64,000 nucleotides of DNA from assembly GCF_003704095.1 (NCBI RefSeq), contig NW_020847159.1, positions 62,001-126,000 on the forward strand, written 5' to 3'. Origin of the DNA: Pocillopora damicornis (taxonomy: Eukaryota). The number at the start of each line of letters is the position of its first letter. Position 1 is the first letter of the stretch. Shown piece after piece: positions 12,301 through 23,500 of this stretch. The position numbers and the translations under genes are program-made. The notes beneath the pieces were generated by a model, which saw only the letters and a program-made list of their open reading frames with translations, was not told the DNA's origin and did not search any database.

Positions 12301-14418
12301 ATCAAATGCAGTGCAACCCAATGAGTCTCCATTTTTGGTGTTTGTTTCCTTAACCCTTAAACTCTCATGAGTGAAAGAGAAAGAATTTCTCCTTACAATA
12401 TTAATACAAAATCAAGCAGACAAGAGATGAGAATTAAGAAAATTTTCAATTAAGGGATTACCAGTTGATGCAATACCAAATTCTCAGTATTAAGATCATA
12501 AAAATGTTATAGCAGACAGTAAGGAGAATTACTAATGAGATCTTTAGAGTGAAAGGGTTGATAAACAAAACAGGATTTGACATGGTTATAAACAATTATA
12601 AAACTTATAACCCATACTTGGGTATGTTCATTACTAAAATGGATATCCATGGTGGTAAAAAATTTACATAAAAAAACCTGCTGTACATGTGAACTAAATA
12701 ACATTTTCTTTTAGGAGATCATTTCCCTCAGCACATGCATCTCTCTCTATGTATGGCATGCTCTTCTTAGCAGTAAGTAACCAGTTTTGCTTTCAATGTA
12801 CCTATGTACCTATAGTTATAGTTATCATCTAATATTTAATGAATGAATGTGTGGAAGCCAATGATGTCAATGTTACCAAAAAGAATATGGAACCCTAGTG
12901 AGTTCAGACTGCCACAGTATAAAAATGATATCCTTATGTCTGTGAATTAACCACTTAATGATAGTACCATTTTTAGCCATTTTTAGTTCAAACATTTATG
13001 ATGAGGATATGAAACGAGAAATTACCAAAGAAAAAGCACTGAGTTCATTGTTATCTAATATCACATAAATAACAGTGACAAGATTTACTCCACAGTCTTT
13101 AAATTCAACTTTGAATGTGAGTCATAATGTCACTGATTTTTTTTTCTTGCAGGTGTATTTTGAATCACTCATAAGGGAAGGAGGTTCTTTCCTAAAGCCT
13201 TTCATTCAGTCAGGTTGTTTCATGGTATCACTACTGTTTGGACTGTCCAGGGTGAGAGACCACATGCATCACTGGCATGATGTTTTTGCTGGGTTCTTGT
13301 TGGGTGGATTTTTCGCTGTATACATGGTGAGTCACCTCCACACACCCCATCCTGAGTCACATTCACCCACCCCACCCTGGAGTGGAAGCAAATGTCAATT
13401 CCCTCACAGCTATCATTTAGCTCACACTCTAAATGATGATCATAGAAAATGTCTGGAAATAGACGGCATCTCTCCATGGTGTTAAGTTAATGCTTCACAC
13501 CCTAACATTTGTATGCATATTCTCCATACTGTTCTCTATACATTTCCTGAAGCGCTGATAAGGAGAATTTGTTTAAAAATCAAGAGCGTTATAAGATGGT
13601 GATCATTTCCTTGATTCTTGTGACCTTAATGTTTGATTCAGGGGTGATGTTGTAAGGAGAAATTAGAAGCTGGTCACTCTTAAGGGTTAACGGGTTAAGG
13701 GGTTAACGCTTTGACCCCTAAGAATGATTAGCATCTAAATTCTCCCTACAAAATCCCCCCTAAATCAAACATTAAGTTCATGAGAATAAAGTAAATGGTC
13801 ACAAACTAAAGATGCTCTTAATTGTTAAACAAATTCTCCATGACAGCACCTCAAGAAATGTGTAGTGAACAGTATGGAGAATATGCATACTGATGTTTCT
13901 GAGTAAAGGGTAAACCAGAAGTGGTAAAAAGTCTCTTATCTTGCTTTCCAGTGTGTGAACTCAGGTGTTACTATAAATATTCAGCCTATAATGTTACCTC
14001 ATAAGACTCCAGTCACCCAGACCCACCCAGTAACAGTTATGTTTTTAAGTCTTTTTTTCTTGGAGCGATTGAGGATTACTGTTACAATTTGGAAACTTTA
14101 AAGTTGTAATATTATTGTCTTTAATAAGGAAAACAGAAAAATAGCTTAAAAGTACAAAATATCAAAATTAAAGAAATCCAGTCTTCATATCAATTTGCTT
14201 CACTTTTAACCTAGAAACATTTTGTTTTCCTTTCTGTCTTTCTATTCCATGAACAGGGCATTAAAGTCCTGAAGCTCCTTGAGGAAAGTCATCAAACACC
14301 AAAAACAGGCAATATGCATTGTGAAACCCCGAAGAGCTCAATGGGCAACAGTGAATTCTATCTGCATTCCCCTGACAAACTAATACCAACCACTCCACAG
14401 TTTCCAGTTGCTATATAA
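9312..14418 (+). CDS. Phospholipid phosphatase / PAP2 family (PLPP1-3-like)
   Basis: Exons ~9312-9518, 10928-11049, 11705-11908, 12715-12773, 13153-13326, 14257-14418. Motifs: RGFFCNDDSIKYP, C1 KTYVGELRP, C2 SFPSAH, C3 SRVRDHMHHWHD. Several hydrophobic TM segments. Confidence 0.92.
11955..12197. mobile_element. MITE-like element with 20-bp imperfect terminal inverted repeats
   Basis: gtccagaaatgtatgcagta ... tactgcatgtaattctggac, with internal aaatctgcca/aaatttgcca sub-repeats. Confidence 0.6.
12350..12562. mobile_element. TTAA-CCCT MITE, subfamily B
   Basis: ttaacccttaaactctcatgagtga...gagtgaaagggttga. Related copies at ~18792-18990, 43484-43735 (with an internal duplication) and 49238-49433. 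Confidence 0.8.
13487..13914. mobile_element. Two subfamily-A MITEs back-to-back in inverted orientation
   Basis: 13487-13698 is approximately the reverse complement of 13703-13914. Confidence 0.8.
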
Positions 14419-15351
14419 GCTTGGTAGATCCCTCATGTGAGGGGTGTATTTTGAAGAATTTCCCTTTGCAGCTGTAATTTTTAGTCATGAAAAACTTTAC
14501 GCTGGCCATGACAAAGAATTAACATTTGGGAAAGTGTCAGAGAGGGAGGTATTTCTTAAAGAATGCAAACTGAGGGGTTTGCACAAAGAAATATAGAAGT
14601 AGCAAAAAAGTGTTAAGTAACAGGAGAGAACTAAGGTCATCAAAGTTTGGTTGAATAGTTCTGCATTGTAGGTGGAGAATCCTCCTATATCCAATACCTA
14701 ATTAACATCTTGAAACTATAGTCAAATATTTTTATATAAAATAATTAATCAGTGATTACCATAAGTTCCAATATCAACACATCATGAAATATTTAAGTTC
14801 AATTCTGTAACGATAGGGGTTAAGATAAATTAACAACTTGCGTTGACAGTAGCACAAAGTTATTTTTGTCTGAAATCTCAACTATTATAGAGATTAATTT
14901 CAATTCAGAATAATTGACAAAAAGCAACAATTCCGTTGGCAAATACGTATCATTCTCAAAGATGTATAAAAGTATTGAAAATATGGAAACTGATGCTATA
15001 GAGTACAGGGTTTAAAGTTGGATGAAGCCATAGAAGAGGAGGAAATGGTAGAGGAAGCACTTTATGTTGGGAGCAAGATTCTCAAATGGCATTGACAACT
15101 ATTTAGCTAACATATGTATTGACAAATAACATTTCATAGCACTGAGTGCTATTTAATATATTTTTTCATATAAAAAAAGATGCTTAATTTTTATAAGCTA
15201 CATTTGGAATTGCTGTATGAATACTATGTATAGTGCAGTTATTCATTTGTCAACTGACAGTAAATAATCTTTAAATAAAAAAAAAAAAGCTTATCTTCAG
15301 AGTGGTCTGCACAATTTCTTGTGATGATACTCTGGGTATCACTTCATTGTC

Positions 15352-17396
15352 TCAGTTTTGTGTCTTGTCTTTTTTCTCCTTTAAGATTTTTTCCCACGCT
15401 TTTGCTAAGCCTTCAGTTGTGTTTGGAGGTTTCTATACAAAAATGAGAAGCAAACTGTCATTTAACCATCCTGCAGGCAATTCTGCCATCAAAGACATCT
15501 AAATTGGAGCCCTGTTTAAACTTACTGGTACAGAGTGTACAATAAATAACAAAGTCTTACATTGCACTCTTCATCTGGTGGGTAAAGTTCTTTCTGTGAA
15601 AAAATATCAGCAGAAATATGGATCAGCAAGAAATTTGATATATGTTGTATATGCACTGCTGTATTATAATTATTGCTGGAAGTAATGCTGAAAATGGCTT
15701 AGAGAAGGACAGTTAAAGTCAAAAAGTCAAAGTGTTTGTTCTATTCATTAGTCCAATGAACACAAAAGCCTGATTCAGATGGTCATGGTAGTTGATGATA
15801 GTTTCAATATCCATTCACTATTACTGACTAATATATAGATTTAACCAAGCCTAAAAGCGGAACTCGCATTTTTTCCCGCACGTCTCAAGGGCACAATGCC
15901 TTGCCCTGGCCAGGACTAGAACCCGGGTCGTCCGACTCGGAGCCCAGTGCACTGACCACTGGACTACTGGACAAAGCCGTGGTGTTGGCGTGCCCGCGGT
16001 ACAGTTGACCACTCATGTAGCACCTTGTATGGTCGTATGGTTGTATGGTGGTACATCCAAATTTTTTCGGCTTGATGGGTTACTACTATTTTGTATAATT
16101 ATGGGGCTATGCTCTGCGAGCTCCACTATCATATTTGAGCTCAAATGGTTCATGATGTTTGATGATCATGTGATGGGATTGCTTACTTGTAAACAAATAT
16201 GGCATGTCCTGAGGTCCACAATTTCAATGGCATTTAAAATGTTAGTAAAGAAGTTGTGGGTAGAAGATACTGAAACTTTAATTTAGGTCATTTTATCATT
16301 TGTTGTTTTGGTTTATGCCCGTTCTTAGCAAGACTGCTGACTGAGAAAATATCACTACCTATCAACTGCTTGCTCAAGTAGCAAAAACTATCATCAACTA
16401 TCAGTTCAAATTTGAACATGTCCGAACTTCATGATAGTTGATGATAGTAAATGATACTGCACTGTTGTTTTTAGGTTAGACTTATACTTAACTTCATTTT
16501 TGAGACCTGTATGTTTACTTGTGATTGTCTTTTAATTGAAAAGAACTTTGTAAACACGCCAACCATAAACTAAATTAATGTTAATAGTATTGTAATACAT
16601 GTATCGTAATGTAGTGTATGCATAATTTATGTAAGTATAAGTATCAGTAGTGTTAGTAGCAAGTACAATATAGGTGTAATTAATGCTGTAAGTAGTGTAA
16701 TGTGATCGTCTTGTAAATAAAATTGGTTAAAAAAAAAAAAAAATGATAGTGCATGATAGTTTGTGTTCAAACGCATGTGATATTGATAACTATCATCAAT
16801 TATCATGACTGTTTAAACTGGACCTACTTTTGCCCTAGTAAGAAGTAACAAGTATACCACTAACCTTCTTCTGTGTCATGAAGTCTTCATATGATCCTGG
16901 CATATTAAAGTAGAAGAATATTGCCACAGGAAAAAATACATAAAGAACAATCTGCAAAAATGTTAAATTTCTTTGGCATTGGTTTCAAAATTAATCGAAA
17001 ATCGGGCTATGAGCTCTCAGCCATTCACAGTACATACTTCATGTCAGAGGAAAAAGGAGTAAAACTTTCTTATTTTACTACCTCTAGCCTCTCAACATAC
17101 TAGAAAAAAGTTTAAAATTTGCAGGGAATGGTCACTTTTCGTTACATCTCGTGTAAAGAGGTTAATCAAATGCATTGTTTACGGAATAAAAACCATCAGA
17201 CGTGCAATACCTGTGCTGGAAAAAGAATTCCCGGGCAGTCTTAGCCCTTGCTTGAAAATTTGATGTAATAATAAAAACGACATCACTATTGATCCAAGTA
17301 TAACCTGACCTAACTAAAATTTAAAAAAAGCTTAACAAAAAACACAAAAAGTATAGAAATTACCCGTCCTAGTTCTATCTTCGATCCGATCGCCAT
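15352..17396 (-). CDS. PET100: PET100 homolog, cytochrome c oxidase assembly chaperone, 77 aa
   Basis: Four phase-0 exons not in the ORF track: 17396-17364 (MAIGSKIELGR), 16951-16865 (IVLYVFFPVAIFFYFNMPGSYEDFMTQKK), 15593-15561 (KELYPPDEECN), 15432-15352 (KPPNTTEGLAKAWEKILKEKKDKTQN*). Matches the PET100 pattern KLE..R..Y..FPVA.F...N.....R.ELWPP. Confidence 0.88.
15882..15970 (-). mobile_element. tRNA-derived SINE head inside a larger dispersed repeat (~15833-16130)
   Basis: Minus strand shows A-box-like TAGTCCAGTGG and B-box-like GGTTCTAGTCC, followed by a non-tRNA body (cattgtgcccttg). Confidence 0.65.
16457..16743 (+). mobile_element. 5'-truncated non-LTR retrotransposon 3' end with poly(A) tail
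   Basis: AATAAA (~16716) followed by a poly(A) run. Flanked by a candidate TSD (aaatgata) that splits an ATGATAG-rich palindromic element. Confidence 0.65.
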
Positions 17397-17512
17397 CTTG
17401 GACGAGGAAACTGGTACGTACTCGCGCAGTAGCCTTGATACGCATACATATAGGGAGAAAGCCGCTAGGGTTGTGATTGAAGTATGAGCCTGCGCTATCT
17501 CCGGACATAAAC
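17397..17512. promoter_or_regulatory. Compact bidirectional promoter PET100/EPS15
   Basis: 116 bp between divergent ATGs; CpG-rich. YY1-type AAGATGGCG and AACATGGC overlap the two start codons. Confidence 0.75.
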
Positions 17513-20500
17513 ATGGCAGTCTCAGTTGGTGTTCCATCCATCTCCCAGGTTTGTGTTGTCTTTTTTAATGCATTGTTTTAGATTATCGTCGATTGGAACA
17601 TTTTTTGTCGAATATTCATGTTTCATCTCATAGTACCCCTCCGATCTCGAGAGATTTCTGTCATTTTACCTATCAAATTTCCAGCTTTTCCTTGCTCCCG
17701 TGTAAGCTAATAATTTGCAAAATTAATAGGTAATTTCTAGTTGCACAAATTCAGTCCATCGCTCTTGGCTTATCTGAAATACACCAGGCGGGTTCAGATG
17801 TTTTTTTTTATATACAGAACAATGTATTTAGATGCTCTAAAGAAAATAAATGCCGCTCGTTGGTGAGCTAGTCCGTAACAATATTAATCAAGGCAGGGAG
17901 GAAGATGCGAAGATGTTACCTTGCCATTTAATTGTGAAATTTCTAAAGCAAATTCGGCGCGTAAATTACCATTTTTTTTTAATATTTAGTGAAATTCTTG
18001 CGACTGCTGTAGTTTTGTTTGAAATTGACCCTGTTTCCAGCGTGTTTCTTTCGTGACATTTCCTTATCAGTGCATTGTAAACATAGATTGAATTTTTGAA
18101 AAATCTAATCTTTATAGTAATAACGTGCTCTTCATATGTTCTTCCTTAATAATGGCCTGTTAAATTCACAGCTGTCAGCGGGACATGCGACTGTCTATGA
18201 GAATTTCTTCAGACAGGTATGTTTTAGTTAAGTTTTAAAAAAATCGGCATCATATAATTCGAAACAGAAACAGAAACAGTTACTTAATGAGTTATTACTT
18301 ACATTTTTGATAGCACCAGTATCAACAAGTAAAAGAAATGCGAGCTTGCGGTTCATTTCTTGTCTAAATTTCGGGCTCGACATTTGTTACATTATATTTG
18401 AGAGTTATACTGAAAGTGAGCATTTACTAGATGACGAGAGAAGATCGATTTAATTATAGACAGTTTAGAATAATTATGGAATTACCGACTCGTGCGCTGA
18501 ACAAATACCTGGAAAAAATCAGAATTCATTTGCATAGAGCATTGCCCGAGGAACCAGGATAATTTTTGCTATGCAAAGACCATATGTATTGAGACTATTT
18601 AAAAGCCAACATATGCATATTAGAGAGAAATGAATAATCACAAAACTGTTCATAAAAATAGAAAATTATTTTGTCTTACTATTGTTTTACTCAAGGAGGT
18701 AAGTTTCTAAAGAAACTGTGGTGCAGCATCAATGGGTGATATTTCAAGACAATTTGGTTTCATCAGCTGAGTTGATAACAGGAACTGTATGTTAACCCTT
18801 TAACTCCCAGATCAAATTTGTCATTCTACTTCCTGTTTACCATATAATTCTTATTTAATTTAGTATTGGATCAACTTATTTTCCCCAAATTAATATTTTT
18901 CTTTATTCTCATTTCTTATCTGGTTGATATTGTATTGATATTGTAAGGAGAAATTCTGTCTTGGTCACTCATGGGAGTTAAAGGGTTGACAAGACTACCT
19001 AAATGCTCAGCCAGAATTGTACTTGATAATTACTTTTTTTTCTGTATGTGTCTTAAATTATTTTAACAGGCAGATGTGTCTAACACTGGTCAAATTGGAG
19101 CATCAGATGCTGCAGCCTTCCTTAAAAAGTCTGGTTTAAAAGAGGGAATTCTTCACCAGGTAAGCATAACAGTTTTCCATTGTTAACTGTTTTATGTAGT
19201 GGAGGCAGCTTTTATGGTACATCTTCTATAAATAATAATTATATGTTACCAAAATGGCATGAGGAGCTTTTTCAAAAAGATACTTCGAGTCTTATTGCAA
19301 ATGAGATAATTAAGCTTAGAGCAATAATAACTGACCAAGAGTATTGATCAGTTGGTATGAACTTAATTTTAATATTATGATAATCAGAATTTTTACCAAT
19401 AGAGAAGGGAGTGAACCCAGCAAGCTTCACCAGAGCCCCGTTAGCCAACAGATTTCCTGGTTGATCATAATAAGCCTTTATGGCAACTGTTTGAACTTTT
19501 GTAGATTTGTTTTTTATCAGGCATCCCCATGTTTTGCAATTCCATACTTTGCCTGTTTCCACCTCCCTTAACATGGACTGAGGGTTGGACTTGGGAAGTA
19601 TACGATACATGTGTCTGAGATGATGTTCAATGTTAACTGTATCCATTCATTTTTTACAGATTTGGGAGCTATCTGATCCACAAGGAACTGGATTTCTTGA
19701 TAAACATGTAACAATATATGGAATTACTTTTAATTATAAATTTAGCACTAGTAAATTGTTCTCTTCTTCTTTATCAAATCTTTTAATACTTTTCAGAGAT
19801 GTTCTTATCAGTAAACTGCTTATAATTAATTTTACAGAGATTTTTCTTGGCACTGAGATTGATTGCCCTAGCACAGAATGGTAAAGATGTCTCACTGTCA
19901 AATCTGATGTTGCTAGTTCCAGCACCAAAAGTAGTGAGTATATAATGCTTATCAAATGCTGCTGCAATTTTTACAAATACATTTGGGATTTTTTTTAGAT
20001 TTTTCTGTTTCCCTGCTTTCAAAGGTTTAAGTTTGAAGATCATGTTCAGTTTAACACTCTTGGACTTTGGCTAAGCAGTACTGTATATTCAAAATTCAGT
20101 GTTGTAGTTGGTGTAAAGAAATGCTGTACATGTACCTTATTGTGTTTTTTTTTTGTACACACTCAGTAATCAAGCTTTTGAATAAGTTACCACCTGTAAA
20201 TATAATTTTTTCTTTCTATTGATTGTTTCCTGTTCCTTAACCCCTTACACCCTAGAATCAGTATCCATATTCATATTTTTTTTTTCAGGGTGATGTGATA
20301 CTTCCAGCTGTACCCCCTCCACAGGAAAGTACACTATGGGCTGTAAAACCAGCAGAAAAAGCTAAATATGACAACATTTTTGAAGTAAGTCAACCTAAGC
20401 AGAAGTAGAATCTATGATCTTGAAAAAATGTGGTATTAATTTATTGTTTCAATTTAATATGCCAATAACTTTGCACCTTCAATAATTTGCAAAAACACTT

Positions 20501-23500
20501 TTTCTTAATTTAAGGGGCTACAACCAGTCAATGGTCTTCTTCCAGGAGAAAAAGTGAGACCTGTAAGTTATGAGTTTATTGATTAGTGAATTTTATATAC
20601 AGCCCTGTTATAAGCAGCTAAATAGTAACAAGTCTTTTTGAAAGTGATTTGAATATTTATTTTTTTTGCAGAAAAACTTTTTTTAGCTCAGTCACTTGAA
20701 TAATGTTTTTTCCATCTTGTAGTTAGCTACCTCAAATGGTTATGGTATTTCTGTTCTTTATATTGTCTCTATATTGCCTTATACTGTAAAGCAGATGATG
20801 ATTTGTCTATAACACTGACCTTTTTTTTTCAGGTTCTCTTAAACTCAAAGCTTCCCATTGATGTGCTTGGTCGTGTGTGGGAGCTTGCTGATATTGATAA
20901 AGATGGAATGTTAGACAATGATGAATTTGCAGTGGTATGAAAATATGATTCATTTATCAAGATAAATGGCACATTTAACCCAAGCTTAAATCAAATTAAG
21001 GTTCAAACTCAATTTCTTTCAAGAGTCACTCAGATTTCTTTTGTTTCTGTCATTGATTCTGTCACTGTGAGAGTGTGAAAGGAGGTAACTTAGGTACTTG
21101 TGAAAATACTGTAGTTATTTTTAAGAAGTTCATGGCAGAGTGCTGACTTGTTATTTTATTGTAGGCAATGCATCTTGTGTACCGTGCATTAGAAGGAGAT
21201 CCAGTCCCCCTAACGCTTCATGGCAAGCTTATACCTCCTTCAAAAAGGAAATTAAAATTGTCTTCATCAGCTCCTTCCTCACCATCTCCAAAGGGACTTA
21301 CTCCACCATCAGTCAGCAGTTCTGTTCTCTCCACAGTCACGGTGAGTTTTATTCTGAATCAGTGAATTGTTATTCTCTCTTTGGGTCCTGAAATTATGTA
21401 TGCCCTCCCTTCCCCCCAAAGGATTGTTCAGCCCTCCTTTCCCCCCACTGAAGATTGGTCACTTGAAATTCCACAAGGAACATGATGGGATGTCAACTGC
21501 TTAAGTATTCCAGAAGAAGCAAGAACTAACTGAAATTTCTCAATTTGTGGGTGGCTGAAAACCATTTCCTCTTTAGTGAGGACATAAATGCCCTTATCTA
21601 AAAAGTCAATGTTGTTGCTGTATGAGGTTGCTATGTAGCACATCAAAAAAAAAAGGATTTCAACTTTCAAAACAGCTGGGAAACGGAATGATCATGTTTA
21701 TCTAGAACTACATGTAGAAAGCATATGAACTTGGTTGTCTCAAATTATGCATAAAGGGAAGATTCAGAGTTTAATCCCCAGCCAGATGTCTATTTAGTTT
21801 TCAGCATATTTTGCAAGGTCAGACTTAAGTAATTAGAAGAACGTGCTTAAACAAATTATAACTTGCATTCTTAGACTACTCAGGAAAGCCCATGGGTTGT
21901 TACAAGTGCTGACAAGTTGCGTTATGATGCCATGTTCAAACAAGCCGATAAGGATGCTGATGGACTTGTCTCTGGTATTTTTAAATTCAGTGATGTTCCT
22001 ATTTGTTAAATTTTCTTCAGCGGTCCAGCAATATTGTTGTTCAAGGTGTACACTTTTGAATTTTTTCCCTTCACATGAAGAAGAAAATGTGTGAACTTCC
22101 ACATCTTTAACAGTTATAGAGACTCAGTTGTTGAGATATGGAAATGTTGATTTGATACTTTGGCAGTGCCATTTTGAAACAGGAAACTTTTATTTTCCAA
22201 AACAATGCAGAACAAAGCAAGCTGAATGCATTGAATAAGACTCGCTCTTTGATACACGCTTTTTTCCTTGAACGAAACGCAAAAAATGTATGAAGTTTAT
22301 GCGTATATGTGGGCCATCTACCTCTGAGCTGTACTGTAGGTGTTATTGGATTATTTACACATACAACAGAGTTGTAGACTAAATCATACAAATTATGTAA
22401 CTTATTCAGTCTGTTTTTTTTTCATTTTGTAGGAGAAGAAGTGAAGAGTATCTTCATGGCATCTGGGTTGCCACAACAAGTTCTTGCTCACATATGGTTA
22501 GAAATACTTTTACATGATGCCACATACCATCCATTACATAATCAATTTATTTATTTACATGAGTGTTGTGTCATCCTTTCTTGATCTGCTCTGCTAGTTT
22601 GAAACAACCATAACTCCAGTGTTAAAAATTCTTCTAAAAAGGGCTGACTGGCTTCAGTATGGCATCATGGTGCATATAAATGTATAGTATCTGTAAATGA
22701 TTTGCTGCTCTGTTGATGACATTTTGGCAGTGGCTGTCTTGGATCACTCCATTTCAATTCAGTAGTCAGAAGAGTTTATGTTTGCTGTGTGCAACTATAT
22801 GCAATAGTGGAACATTTTATATTTTTACCATGCATAGTGTTGAGTCACAACTCATATGACTCAACACAAACTTGCCTTATGTTATTTTACTTTTCTTTAA
22901 GGGGACTGTGTGACACAACAGGCCAAGGACGCCTAAACTCTGAGCAGTTTGCCCTTGCCATGTATCTTATACATCAGAAGGTTATGGGTGTAGATCCACC
23001 ACAAGCCTTGCAGCCAGAGATGGTTCCACCCTCCATGAGGAGTGGAAGTGCTGCCAGCCCTGCTGGGGGAGAGGAAAGAGTAAGATTCAGTTTTTTATAG
23101 ATTATACTTGTTAGGGATGGCTTAGTGGATTTACCATCAGTAATAATTTTTCTTGTTTCCTAACTGTTTCAAATGTAATGTTATGGCTAGTTGCTTGAAA
23201 AGTTTAATCTCACATATACAACAGATTTTCAGACATGTTTTGGAAGTTTGATTTATTTACTTTACCACCAACTCTTCATGTGACAATTTATTTTTATGTA
23301 GGGAGAAAGGATTTCATAGGATTTGAGTATTGGAGAGTTTTTTTCTCTTTTGTCCTTCAGGAGGGGGGAGGTGCTGGATCTGTCATTTCAACACTGAGTG
23401 ATTTTTCGGCCATCAAAGAGCTGGACAAAATAACCAAAGAAATTGAAGACCTTGGGAGGTTAGTGTAATACCATTAATATTGAATTAAAATTTGATTTAG

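Noticed and set aside
15882-15970. Possible tRNA gene
   Set aside because: A/B-box-like motifs are present, but there is no clean cloverleaf and it runs into a SINE-type body.
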